Assembly: GCF_006345805.1 (NCBI RefSeq)
Contig: NC_043006.1
Coordinates: 51,832,001-51,896,000 of the forward strand
DNA from: Octopus sinensis
Lineage: Eukaryota
Length of the DNA stretch: 64,000 bases
Direction of reading: 5' to 3'
This document shows, in pieces, positions 10,984 to 23,970 of the stretch. Under the pieces are notes generated by a model. The model did no database searches and was not told the origin of the DNA. It saw only the letters and a program-made list of their open reading frames with translations. The translations under genes were made by a program, and so were the position numbers. The first letter of the stretch is position 1. Every line of letters starts with the position of its first letter.

Positions 10984-13116
10984 CAGTAGAACCTAGCAGT
11001 ACGAGTGCACCATTGTACAAGTAATTTGCTGTACGAGCTGAGGCTCGTGCGAATTTTTGTCTTGAAGTACGAGCGAAAATCCGCAGAACGAGCGAGTTTC
11101 ATACAAGCGACCGCTAGTCGGCGCTCAGGTTGCACACGCTCTCCCGACAAGCGCAAAATCTGCTCGCTCAGTTCACCTGTTTACCTCGTTGTGACAGCAT
11201 CTCTGTTGTGTTTTTGTTTAGTTTTATGCTTTTGGGCTATTATTTTATAATAATTAATTCTGCTAGCCATGGGTCCTAAGAATGTTAGTGCAAAGGACAG
11301 TGCTGAGAAAAAGAAAAAGCTGATTACGATAGAATTGAAGAAGGAAATCATTGATAAACATGAGAGAGGAGTGCGTGTAGTGGACATAACATGTCAATAC
11401 GACTGAGGCACGACGACGATCTGCGCCATCCTGAAGAAAAAGGACGAGATCAAGGCCGTTACGACAGCAAAGGGTGTCTCCAAGCTCTCTAAGCAACGCA
11501 CGTTTGTCCACGAAGAGATGGAAGAATTGCTTCTCCTGTGGATCAATGAGAAGCAACTCGCAGGGGATACGATAACAGAGACCATCATCTGCGAGAAAGC
11601 ACGAGCACTGTATCGGAATCTCCTGAAGCAGGACCCTGGAACATCAACAGAGGAGACATCAGCAGACGCATTTAAGGCCAGTCACGGCTGGTTTGATAAC
11701 TTCAAGAAGAAGACTGGTGTTCATAGCGTCGTTAGATATGGAGAAGCAGGGAATTCTGACAACGAAGCAGCTGCGGATTTCATGCGTAAATTCCGTCAGC
11801 TCATCGCAGCCAAGGGAGCAGGTATTCAACTGTGATGAAACAACAGGTATTTAACAGGTATTCGCAAAGCAGCTATTCAACTTTGAAGAAACTGGCCTTT
11901 TTTGGAAAAAAAATATCCAGAACCTACATAATTTCAGAGAAGAAAATGCCAGGCCACAAAACTATGAAAGATAGGCTAATTCTCGCCCTATGTGCCAATG
12001 TGAGTGGAGATTTCAAGAATAAGCTGCTCCCTGTCTACCATTCCGAAAACTCACGAGCGTTCAAGTCGTAAAAAATCCTGAAGGAGAAGCTGCAGGTCAT
12101 ACGGAGGACAAACGTTAAAGCCTGGGTCAGTAGGCAATTCTTCTCAGAGTAGGCCAACTTTGTCTTCGGACCAGCAGTGAAAAAGTATCTTTCGGAGAAC
12201 AACCTTCCTCTCAAGACACTCCTCATTCTCGACTATGCACCTACTCACCCTCCTAACCTCGAGGATGATATCCTGGATGAATTTAGATTTATAAAAGTTA
12301 TGTCCTTTCACGCAACACCACCCATATCTTGCAGCCTATGGACCATCAGGTGATTTCTAATTTTAAGAAACACCTCTTTCGTCAGTGCTTTGAAGTCACT
12401 AAAAATACAAATCTAATACTTCGTAAGTTTTGAGAGGAGCACTACAACATTGTAAACTGCATGAAAATCATCGATATGGCCTGGCTGTGTAGCCGAAGAC
12501 AGTGTAGTGGAGGATGCTATCTCTACGAGTGATATAAAAGCAATGTTGGCTAAGTCGCAGTATGTTTCCGAATTTGTAGAAAAATATCATCCTGAATAAG
12601 TAGCTACAGGTCGTGCAGCTACTTTATTTAATGATACTGCTCTGGCCCATTTTCGTAACATTTTGAAACGGCAGGAAAAAGGCAGACTTCTCTTGATATG
12701 TTTCTAATGAAACGACTGGCAAGTGTAAAAAGTGAAGAGTGTGTGTCCAAAAAGCCGAAGTGAGAGAGAAAACGCTAGAAATTTTTCTTCATGAAGCCTT
12801 AATGGAAAGAGATCCTCCTTCCAGACAGTAATCCTCTTCCTTGCACATAAAATCGTTCCATCTTTGAGGTAATTTAATTGATAAAACAGTTTAAATATTT
12901 CCTATGCATTCTCTTTTTTATAATTGTCATCTTACTTGTAACTACGCCTTATCTGTTTTAAAACCCATAGAAAATAATTTTCGTGTGGTTTTGTGGGGCT
13001 AGAAAGGATTAATTATATTTTAATTAATTTCAATGGGAAAAATTCACTTGTAAAATGAGTAAATCGTAAAACGAGCTCGGTCGTGGATCGAATTAAACTC
13101 GTACTGCAAGGTATCA

Positions 13117-13119
<3 letters not shown>
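10984..13119 (+). mobile_element. Tigger/pogo DNA transposon, full length, with degenerate transposase (approx 11269-12760)
   Basis: TIRs cagtagaacctagcagtacgagt and (rc) cagtgataccttgcagtacgagt, TA TSDs. Translation MGPKNVSAKDSAEKKKKLITIELKKEII (CENP-B HTH), FKASHGWFDNFKK, VFNCDET, LILDYAPTHP, LQPMDHQVI; stops and frameshifts. Confidence 0.95.
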
Positions 13120-13200
<81 letters not shown>

Positions 13201-13405
13201 GTGAATAGAAAGATGAATAATCTTGTAGCAGATTAATCAAAAGTTTAACCGATACCTTGGTAGCAAAAATCACAGCAGAAGACAGCACGGTTGGAGGTAC
13301 AACCATATGGTGTTGCAACCGTGCGTTGGTGCGGATAATTGAAATTAAAATATTATTGGTGAATTGAAGAAATGGAGCTGAACGAAGTTTGAACAGAAAT
13401 CGTTT

Positions 13406-13498
13406 TATTTCATTCTACACGTGTTTCGAAAGGCACAATTTACCAAAATCCGATTGAATAATGAGACCATATTGTGTCTTTCTCTTCAGGAAGAAATA
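13406..13498 (-). ncRNA. Type I hammerhead ribozyme, canonical core
   Basis: Stem I tatttcttc/gaa(t)gaaata, CUGAAGA, stem II gaaagacacaat/attgtgcctttc, GAAA, palindromic stem III ACACGUGU, GUA cleavage site (13416/13415). Confidence 0.8.
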
Positions 13499-13769
13499 GG
13501 AAATCCGTTGGAAAAAACAAAAACAGAACAGAGGCGGAGCAAAACAAATCGAACTAGGCTCCTAAGAGCCCATGGCGTATATATATATATATACGCATAC
13601 ATATGCACACACACGCACACGCATGCCATCGCATGCGCTCATGCACACACACACACACACACACACACATGCGAATGAGAGGACAAGCGAAAGAAAAAGG
13701 GCACTCAACACATTTAGCAGGTGTTACAGGTACGAAGAGATACCCAAAAGGAACCGAAACTTTGCAGTA

Positions 13770-14210
13770 TTATTTTATTTACTTACTTTTACATACTCTT
13801 TACTCTTTTACTCTTTTATTTGTTTCAGTCATTGGACTGCGGCCATGCTGGAGCACCGCCTTTAATCGAGCAACTCGACCCCGGGACTTATTCTTTTGTA
13901 AGCCCAGTACTTATTCTATCGGTCTCTTTTGCCGAACCGCTAAGTAACGGGGACATAAACACACCAGCATCGGTTGTCAAGCAATGCTAGGGGGACAAAT
14001 ACAGACACACAAACACACAACACACACACGCATATATATATATATACATATATACGACGGGCTTCTTTCAGTTTCCGTCTACCAAATCCACTCACAAGGC
14101 TTTGGTCGGCCCGAGGCTATAGTTGAAGACACTTGCCCAGGGTGCCACGCAGTGGGACTGAACCCGGAACCATGTGGTTGGTAAACAAGCTACTTAACAC
14201 ACAGCCACTC
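13770..14210 (-). mobile_element. SINE family A
   Basis: Full-length homologue. Confidence 0.9.
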
Positions 14211-14214
14211 CGTT

Positions 14215-15250
14215 TACACTTTTATCGCCTTCAAAGTATTCTCCATTTGAAACAATGCATCGGTGCAGACGCGTTTTCCACTGTTCGAAGCAAGCCTGGA
14301 ACTCTTGCGAAATGATGCCTTTTAACTCCTCCGTTATTTTTTCTTCACCTTTTCCACATCTCCAAAACGTTTTCCTTTAAGGACTTTTTTCATTCCGTGG
14401 AGTAAAAAATGTCGCAAGATCGGGTGAATAGGGAGGCTGGGTAAGCGGGATCATGTCGTTTTTCGTCAAAATCTCTCACACTCAAGGCGGTGTGCGCAGG
14501 CGCTTTGTCGTGATGAAACCACCACTCTCCACTTTGTCACAAACTGGGTCGTTCTCGTCTCACCGAGTCTCGCAAGCGCTTCAGAACTTCCAAGTAAAAT
14601 ACTTCGTTAACAGTTTGACCAGGAGGAACAAATTCTGTGTGGACAATTCCTTTCGCATCGATGAAACAAATCAGCATCGTCTTGACATTGGACCTCACTT
14701 GACACGCTTTTGTGGGACGTGGTGATATTGAATTCTTCCATTGACTTGACTGCTGCTTCGTTTCCGGGTCATAGCCGTAGCACAAGGCTTTCATCACCAG
14801 TGATGACCTTCGAAAAAAGGTCTGGATCAACTGCCAACAGTTCTTTCAGTTCACGATACGCATTCAGTCATGACTGCTTTTGATCTTCCATGAGCAAGCA
14901 AGGCACATATTTTGCTGCAACTCTTTTCATTCCCAATTCCTCGCTCAAAATTCGTTGGCAGGTGCTCCAGGACACACCAGTCATATCAAAAAGTTCGTCA
15001 ATTGTTCTCCAAGATCAGTTCATGAATTTTCATGGTGTTTTCATTCGTTCAGGAGGTCGACGGTCGTCCTGAACGAGGTTGGTCTTCAAGAGACGCGTGA
15101 CCATTCCTAAAGCGTGGAAACCACTCATAAGTTTTCGTCTTGCCCATGGCAGCGTCCTTGTAAGCTGTTTGAAGCTTGACAACTATTTCGGCTGCCGTTT
15201 TCCGCAGTAGAAAACAGAATTTCACGGAAGCACCTTCGTTTCATACATCG
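14215..15250 (-). pseudogene. mariner transposase pseudogene
   Basis: CYGYDPETKQQSSQW...VRSNVKTMLICFID..GIVHTEFVPPGQTVN, PYSPDLA, C-terminal CIVSNGEYFEGD; multiple stops; 3' end abuts a SINE. Confidence 0.9.
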
Positions 15251-15414
15251 CAAAAATCGACGAACAGGGGAGAAGCCCTGCAAAACAAAGACGCACTACG
15301 TGGCAGAACGACTTCACTCGACAACGAGTGAAAATTACAAAACATATGCAATATAAAACTAAAATGGAAAAGTTCAATCGCCACTAACTGTGACTGAGGG
15401 TGTTAGGTAGCACC

Positions 15415-15545
15415 TATATTGCTGGAAATAATAGTTTAAACCCTTAGAACTGCAAGGAAGCAAATTTTCAAATATTGACTGGGGAGAAAACCCCCATGTT
15501 CTTCCTTGCTGTTCTAAGGGTTTAACAGTTATTTCTAGCAATATA
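15415..15545. mobile_element. 131-bp MITE-like element
   Basis: About 46-bp inverted arms (tatattgct.gaaataa...aaacccttagaac.gcaaggaag), 40-nt spacer, TA at both ends. Confidence 0.7.
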
Positions 15546-15642
15546 TGAAGTGAGAATTTTGACTGTAAGTGCCATCTGTTATAAGCGTATCTATTGTTTT
15601 CAAAAGTTTGTGTTTTTAATTTGTGTATGTGTACATATAATT

Positions 15643-15676
<34 letters not shown>

Positions 15677-17994
15677 TTATGTATGTATGTATGTATGTAT
15701 GTATGTATGTATGTATGTGCGTGCGTGTGTATTTGGCATGTGACAGTGTACTTGTGTCAATAGTAGATACGCATTTGTGTTTGTTGAGGTGTCATGCTTT
15801 ATGTATAGTGTGTCACAGAAAATAGCAGGTGTCTGCGTGTTTGTGTTTGTGTGTATGGGTTTGCCGTATGTATTTAACATGTGCGTATGCTTGCGTCAAT
15901 AACAGATGCGTATGTATGTGTATGTGAATGTTATACATGGCCGTTGTTTTGTGTGGTCGTGTGTGTGAGCGCGTTTTCAGAAGTGTATGTGCTTGTGTCA
16001 GTGATAAACCTGTATTTTGTTTTATTGTACTGGTGAATATGTACTGTGTGTGCGTTAGAAAATAACATGCGAATGCATGCGTATGTTTGTTTGTTTGTGT
16101 TAATTTTAGACGTTTGTGTAACTGAGGGTGCATGCATGTTGAAATGAAATAGCATAATGTGTGAATATTTGAAAACATGGCAAACGAATTGTAAAAGAAG
16201 TCGGGAGTTCAATCCACATGGTTGTAAAGTTCCAAGAAGGATTTTAAGTTCTGTTCTCTTTTCTCAGGGCCAAAGTTGGAGATCCGCAATATAAGACTAA
16301 AACAAAGAGGCGTTCTGTGGAATGGTGCGCTAAAATAACGAGCAATAATTAATACATTACCGAATCGGATGTCTCAAAAATGCTCGGTGAATCTGTCGAC
16401 TAAATTCCTGCAATTTTCCTGTGTAGACCTATCACATAACAAAAAATGTGCAGGGGTCTTAAAAGCACAGGTATGAGTAAGTATTTAAACCAAAAGGTGT
16501 AGTGTTGTTGGCGAGGAAAGCGTGTGGTAACGGGGGCCAGGCAGAGGGAAAGTTGGGTTGGTAGCGCAGTATAGGTAGATGCTGCAGATTACTACGTCAT
16601 GCAGTTTGTGGACACGCTTAAAGGAAGAGAGGAATGAGTTACAGACGCGTTAGAAAATGACGAGGTCGAACTGGGGGGAATCGGAATTTTCGAACGATGG
16701 TGGGGAGAAGAGGTAAGTTGGAAATGGTAAGAAAGGAGTAAGGGACGACCATGAGTCCAACATCCTAACCACTAAGCCACGCATCTCCGCCATGGCTTAT
16801 AAATTACTGAGATTACATTTGCCCGAAGGGAGCACTGGTACTTTGCAAGGTTATAAACCAACAACTTTTAGGGGAAAGGACAAGTCAGTTACATCGACCC
16901 CAGCACATGACTGGTACTTAATTATGTCGTCCTCGAAGGGATGAAGGACAAAGTTGACTTCGGTGGGATTTGAACTCATAACGTAAAGTACTGGAAGAAC
17001 TGGTTCGATGTGCTAAAGACTCTGCTAGCACACTACTTTCTTCAATATCATAAGAGGTTGTGACACTTATGCGTTTCTAAAGATATATAGATAGCATTTC
17101 TTAAACTGCAACACAAAGATTATACTTCCGTTTTAAGACCAAGAAATACTTTGGTCCTATTCGCCCACAAAGCCTCTACAAAATTAAATACGCATTAGCT
17201 TCCTGCAGACATATCTGAGATGGCACTGTTACCCGCAAACCACATCGCAGAGAGAGAGAGCCAATTAATGGATTGACTGACATTCAACCCACTACAACTC
17301 TTAGCTCACAGATGTCCAGTTTCATCTCCTTACTTCTGTCGCAACTGCAACGATATCTACTCTCTGTACAAACTGAACAGCACTTCCATTCAAGCTCACC
17401 AAAGTTTCACTTCACAGATTCTACACTCAATTCTCTAAAAGGTGCCGAGCTGGCAGAATCGTTAGCATGCCGGGCAAAATGCTTTGCGGCATTTCATCTG
17501 TGTTTACGTCCTGAGTTCAAATCCACCGAGGCCCACTTTGCCTTTCATCCTTTCGGGGTCGATAAAAAGTACCAGTTGAGCACTGGGGTCGATATAATCG
17601 ACTTACTACTCTCCTGAACTTGCTGGCCTCGTGCTAATTTTTGAAACCAATATTTTCTTAATTTCCACATTTCTCCCAAACTGCTATTCTTTTCAACCCT
17701 TCAGCAACAATTTCTTTTCTCCAACAGAATTTCAAACTGAACATCAATCATATCAACCTCGCCTGCCTGGGAGGTCTTGTAAATATTATGAGCGCCGAGT
17801 CTTGTCGTTTGATTAGCATAAGAAAAGAAAAGAAAAATCTTCACCTAAGTAAGTTAATTGATAGATTTAAAACTGTATATAAAAGCCAGTTTGCGGTCGA
17901 AACCAAGGTAAGAGAACTATCGTACGAAGAAGAACAATGGTAACAAAAGACAACAACCTAACTGTTTATTATAAAAGGCATGAATAACGTTATT

Positions 17995-18232
17995 AAAGAA
18001 GAGAGAAAGGGAGAAAGAGAGAGAGAGAGAGAGACAGAGCGAGAGAGAACAATTGATATAAGGAGAGATAGAGAGGCAGAGACAAAGATAGAGATATAGA
18101 GAGACAAAGGGAGACAAAGAGAGATAGAGACAGATGAGTAGAGAAAGAGAGAGAAAGAGAGAGACAAAGGCAGAGACGAAGAAAGATAAAAGTAGAGATA
18201 AACAGAGAGAGAGAGACAGAGAGAGAGAAACC

Positions 18233-18268
<36 letters not shown>

Positions 18269-18456
18269 CAAAAGCAGAGACGAAGAAAGATAAAAGGAGA
18301 AACAAAGAGAGAGACTGAGAGAGAGAGAAAGAGAGAGCGAGAGCGAGAAGGAGAGAGTGAGAGAGAGAGAGAGAGGAAAAGGGAGAGAGAGAAAGAGAGA
18401 GAGTGAGACAGAGAGAAAGAGAGAGAGAGAGTTAGAGCGAGAGAGAGAGAGAAAGG

Positions 18457-18498
<42 letters not shown>

Positions 18499-18510
18499 GA
18501 GAGAGCTAAG
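17995..18510. repeat. (GA)n-rich purine tract
   Basis: Direct reading; similar tracts at 29870-29952 and 61550-61900. Confidence 0.95.
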
Positions 18511-18781
18511 GATGTTGGTAGTTGACACGAACTGACTGAAAGCTAATTCACCTTATTCAAACAGATCTGAAGCCAATGTTTTCACAACGCTCAACTAAGT
18601 CCATCATTGTAATAAGGAGAAAGCCAATTATTAGAAAAACCAAAACATCGTTTTTTTTTCTATTCTGAAAAACAAGGAAACAAACAAACAAACAAACAAA
18701 CAAACACATCAGTGCAAACACATCAGCACGAAACGTGACTGTTTTAAACAACAAATATGATACGAATAAATCTTTCATCTA

Positions 18782-18782
18782 G

Positions 18783-18850
<68 letters not shown>

Positions 18851-18955
18851 GTCTGTCTGTCTGTCTGTCTGTCTGACTGTCCGTGTTTCTGTGTGTCTGT
18901 CCGTCTGTCTATCTATCCGTTTGTCTGTCTGTCCGTCTGTTCGTCCATCAGTCTG

Positions 18956-19038
<83 letters not shown>

Positions 19039-19083
19039 GCCCGTCTGTTCGTCTGTCCGTCCGTCTGTCTATTTGTCTGTTTG

Positions 19084-19164
<81 letters not shown>

Positions 19165-19278
19165 AGCCTGTATGTCTGCCTGTCTATTTCTCTCTCTCTC
19201 TTTATCTCTCTTTATCTCTCTCTCACTATCTATATTTCTGTCTGTCTGTGTCTGTTTGCCTGTCTGACTGTCTCTGTC

Positions 19279-19353
<75 letters not shown>

Positions 19354-19360
19354 GTCTCGC
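18782..19360. repeat. (CTAT)n/(CTGT)n compound microsatellite
   Basis: Direct reading; similar arrays at 35296-35460 and 48103-48300. Confidence 0.95.
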
Positions 19361-19758
19361 AACCTAACTAGGTAGTTAGCCATATGTACTCGTACCTTTA
19401 TTCGTTTGTGCGAATGTATATGTATGTGAATGTATATGTTTGTGTGTGATTACATACACGTTTGTGAATGTATATATGAGTGTGCGTGTGTGTGTGTGTG
19501 TTTGTGTGTGTGTGCACGCGCGCGCGTGTGTGTGTGTGCAAACGCTTTTCTTTCTATCGCCCTTTCTATCGTTTTATACACACCAAGACAGTACCACACG
19601 AACAAGGTTAATATTTATACGCAGTTTCTGTTTGTATTATTGTAATTAACAGGTCGACTGGAGCTGTCAAATTAAATTCTTTGTGTTCATGCACACACAC
19701 TCTTCCATCCATCCATTGGTCGATTCCATTAATCCAGCCATCTATCGACGTGTTTATA

Positions 19759-20521
19759 CACTTCTTGCCATTTTAATTTCCCTGTAGAGGCTGATAAACT
19801 TGGTTTGATTGCCTGTGTAACATCATGAAAGATAAAACCTTTTTAATGAAAGATTGTTTCGATTTTCTCTTGTGTCCAACATTAATATTCTTATGGTACG
19901 GTCGGGGTTAATACAACTAGTATGCCTATCCAAGATAATTAATTAAAATCAAACGTGAGATCTTTTATCTGTTACTTGTTTCAGTCATTGGACTGTGGCC
20001 ATGCTGGTGCACAGCTTTGAATGGTTTTAGTGGAAGAAATCGACCCCTTCCAGAACTTTTTTTACTAAGTCCGGTACATATTTCTATCGGGCTCTTTCGA
20101 TGAACTGCTAAGTCACGAGGACATAAACAAGCCAACATATGCACTTCTTGCCATTTTAATTTCCCTGTAGAGGCTGATAAACTTGGTTTGATTGCCTGTG
20201 TAACATCATGAAAGATAAAACCTTTTTAATGAAAGATTGTTTCGATTTTCTCTTGTGTCCAACATTAATATTCTTATGGTACGGTCGGGGTTAATACAAC
20301 TAGTATGACTATCCAAGATAATTAATTAAAATCAAACGTGAGATCTTTTATCCGTTACTTGTTTCAGTCATTGGACTGTGGCCATGCTGGTGCACAGCTT
20401 TGAATGGTTTTAGTGGAAGAAATCGACCCCTTCCAGAACTTTTTTTTCTAAGTCCGGTACATATTTCTATCGAGCTCTTTCGATGAACTGCTAAGTCACG
20501 AGGACATAAACAAGCCAACAT
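19759..20521. repeat. 383-bp direct tandem duplication
   Basis: 19759-20138 vs 20142-20521, near-identical. Confidence 0.95.
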
Positions 20522-20573
20522 CGGTTATCAAGCAGTGCTGGTGGTAAAATACAATATAAACACAAACACAAAG

Positions 20574-20619
<46 letters not shown>

Positions 20620-20765
20620 GCTTCTTTTAGTTTCTGACTACCAAATTCTCCCTCAAAGCTTTGGACGGGCTGGGGCTAAAGTAAAAGACAGTTACCCAAG
20701 GTGTCACAAAGTAGGACTGAACCCAGAACTATGTGGTTGTGAAGCAAACTTCTTACCATACAACC
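20352..20765 (-). mobile_element. SINE family A (diverged; 3' part duplicated at 19970-20138)
   Basis: Homology to other copies. Confidence 0.8.
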
Positions 20766-21361
20766 TGCGCATATATGACGAGAAAGTTTCTTTAACTTCA
20801 TGATTAATTTTAGCCAAAAAAGACACATGACAACCTTGAAATTTTAATTAAAATGTATTTCGCATTGGTGTATGATTGAACTAACTGAATTGTGACATCT
20901 CCGCATATATTTTGTAGATTTCATCCGATTAACTTTTGTGTGGCAATCTAAGCCGATATACAAGAGGTTAAGAAACCAGCATTGGCAATAGCGTATTAAG
21001 AAAATTATTAAACATAAAAAAATTTGTGACTATCGGTTATCTGTTAATTATTTTCTCTTCTTGACATACATACACATACGCACACACACACACACATACA
21101 TACATACATACATACATACATACATACTACATACATACATACATACATACATACTTACATACACATATTTAAAAATATATATAGATTGTAAGGATAAAAA
21201 TCACGTTAAAGATTTTATCAGGTAGTCAGCATGCAATAAAAATTTATAGGTAATTTATACATTAAATTAATATCTCGGTATTTCAAGCATGTTGAAGTTA
21301 GGTCATTTTCGCCCTTGCTCCCTTAATATAATTATATACATATGTATATTGTTAATAATTT

Positions 21362-21365
21362 AATC

Positions 21366-21400
<35 letters not shown>

Positions 21401-21453
21401 AGTGCGTGTATGTATGTATATATATCTATATATAAATATATATGTATGAATGT

Positions 21454-21486
<33 letters not shown>

Positions 21487-21650
21487 CATATATATATATA
21501 TACATGCATATGTATGTATATATATCTATATATAAATATATATGTATGAATGTATATATATTATATATATATATATATATATACATACATATATATATAT
21601 ATACATGCATATGTATGTATATATATCTATATATAAATATATATGTATGA

Positions 21651-21691
<41 letters not shown>

Positions 21692-21716
21692 CATATACAT
21701 GCATATGTATGTATAT

Positions 21717-21748
<32 letters not shown>

Positions 21749-21750
21749 AG
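21362..21750. repeat. (TA)n-rich compound microsatellite with about 95-100-bp higher-order units
   Basis: tatatctatatataaatatatatgtatgaatg recurs three times. Confidence 0.9.
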
Positions 21751-21844
21751 ATAATAAAACGAATGGTTTATACCTGGTCACTTTCACAGTGTTCGTTATG
21801 TATATGGTAAATGAAAGACGGAAGATGGAAGATACGAGAATTTT

Positions 21845-21960
21845 TATTAATCACTACAATTGTTTCGACACATCTAGCATCGATTCCTCACGGGTGGGAT
21901 ACTTAACAGCTAGTTCAGGAGCATCCGACGGTGCAGATGTGTCTCTTCAGGTGATAAATA
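21845..21960 (-). ncRNA. Type I hammerhead ribozyme, canonical core
   Basis: Stem I tatttatcac/gtgattaata, CUGAAGA, stem II gacacatct/agatgtgtc, GAAA, palindromic stem III ACAAUUGU, GUA cleavage site (21855/21854). Confidence 0.8.
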
Positions 21961-22149
21961 GGAGGGAACAATACACACACACGCGCACACACACAAGCAC
22001 ACGCATATATAAACGTGTTTTTCAGAGATTTAGTTAAGAGGGAGTTGATAGGGCAATCGTCAGCAGCCGATGGTGGTTAGCCCTGGATAAGTCATTAGAT
22101 TAGAATTGATTTGGTTTAGTAAGAAAATAGTGATATATATTCTAGAGTA

Positions 22150-23970
22150 GAAGGAGAGCTAATTAGTAACGTAAAAGTACTTGGAAAATGCATCGCAACT
22201 GACATGCTAGCAGCAAGTTTGGCCCTTGGTGGATTCTTAGATACTAAGTACGAAGGTTGCGTTGTCAAACTTAGAATGTGCGTGCTAAAGCATGAGAAAA
22301 CGAAAACTGTTCGATGGACCCGGGTGGCAGGGCCACGACGTGGCAATAAAACCACAATTCAGTCCTTGATGGATCATGAATGGTACATGCCATTCGATTC
22401 CAAGCAGATATCAATGTTTATTAGCGGCGCTTCGCTAAAAAGTGGATAGTGGACTGAAAACGGAGATGGGTTTTACCGCCTACTTCGAAGATTTGCCACA
22501 GTTCTTGCCTGGGTATGCCGCGTTCTACAAATGGCTGATAATGGCTAACGAAATACAGAGGCGGTGGGCAGCCAAATGAGGGAGAATTCACAGGGCTGGA
22601 TGGTCTGCCCTACAACTCATATGCTAGAATTTTTCGGGGACCTCTTGATGGATGTCTACTCCAACTAGCAGTGGAACGGAAGAATTCCCAGTCCTGCAAA
22701 AATGTGGTATGGTGATGATGCTGAAAAAGGATCCGAACAAAGGGAATGATTTTAACAAGTTCAGGCTCATAACTATGCAGTGTTGAATATTTTGGACAAA
22801 GGTTTCAGCTAAGTGGTTAGCGCTTGTCATCAATACTCTGGTAGGTGAAGCACAGATACGTACCAAACCAAACATATATAGCCAAGACAACCTCACTTCA
22901 CGTGGTATATTATAAAAGGGCTGTGTAAAAAGCTTGGTATTGGTGAGACCCTTATCAATTTAGACCTGTCGAAAGCTTTCGACAGGGTCGAATGTTATTA
23001 ATACTTCGCGGGTGTACTGAAGGCGGCTACACTTGGGCCTATCTTTAGAAGCTGGATTGCTGGAATGTATAGCGACGTTTGTTCTGTGGTCAGAATAAAT
23101 GGCCACCTGTAGGTCAGTCATTCAACGGTGCATCTCCCTCCCATTCAGTACGATGGGCGAACACCTACATTATGTCTATCATCTATTACTACCTGATCGT
23201 CGAGCCTTGCCTCATTTCGCATCTGAACAGACAGGAGCGTCTGCGCTTTTTGTGGAAGAGACGCATTACATTCGACAGACGCTAAATTTGCTGTCAACAT
23301 CTGTTGAGTGAAGGACTGGGCACGCCGTAGCTAATGATGCCCAGACGTGATGGTGAGAGAGTGTGGTCGCCATTTGTTAGAGCTCTGGGTGTTGACGAAT
23401 ATCAATTGGATGGTCTTTTCCAGAGGACTCTCGACCAAGGACTTATAGATGATTTTCAAAATTCTCGGTCATGTAGTGCTACTGGGGTGGAGAGGGGGAC
23501 ATCGCCAGTTCTAGATAATCTCTAGAGTCACCACAGTACTAGTGGTAGCCGGTCCTATCCTAGATGCGTGGAGAACGATGAAGCCGTTCTGCAGGCACTC
23601 GTCCAATGCTCGAGCCATTGCCGACTTATGGGTTTACGCCGAACAACTTCTGTCACGTATAGAACAGATCTCGCTATTAACTGAGTCCATTGTGAAGACT
23701 GCTTCACTGCCTACCTTTGACCCAGGAGAGAAGGCTGTCTTTATCTGTTTGGTGGCCATGGTAAAGGGGTTATATTGTGGACGAGATTGAAAGAACTGAA
23801 GACGCAGTTTCTTTTTTGGCCAAGCTCTTATCAACTGCTTCAGGTTTCACATGAAAAGAAAGCTGATGGTGGAAAGGGAAGTGCTGCCTTCCAGCAAATT
23901 TCATTAGAAAGGTGGATGGTAGTGATGAGCATGGTTCGAGTGAACGGGCTTGCTCTGAGCATATACTTTT
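22150..23970 (+). mobile_element. Degenerate L1/Tx1-clade LINE ORF2
   Basis: KVSAKWLALVINTLVGEAQ, LINLDLSKAFDRVE (22951-22992), VRINGH; many stops and frameshifts. Confidence 0.8.

Noticed and set aside
16470-16720. GC-rich pieces resembling Tx1 3' ends (also 40200-40560 and 1-130)
   Set aside because: Too degenerate to assign; no diagnostic motif.
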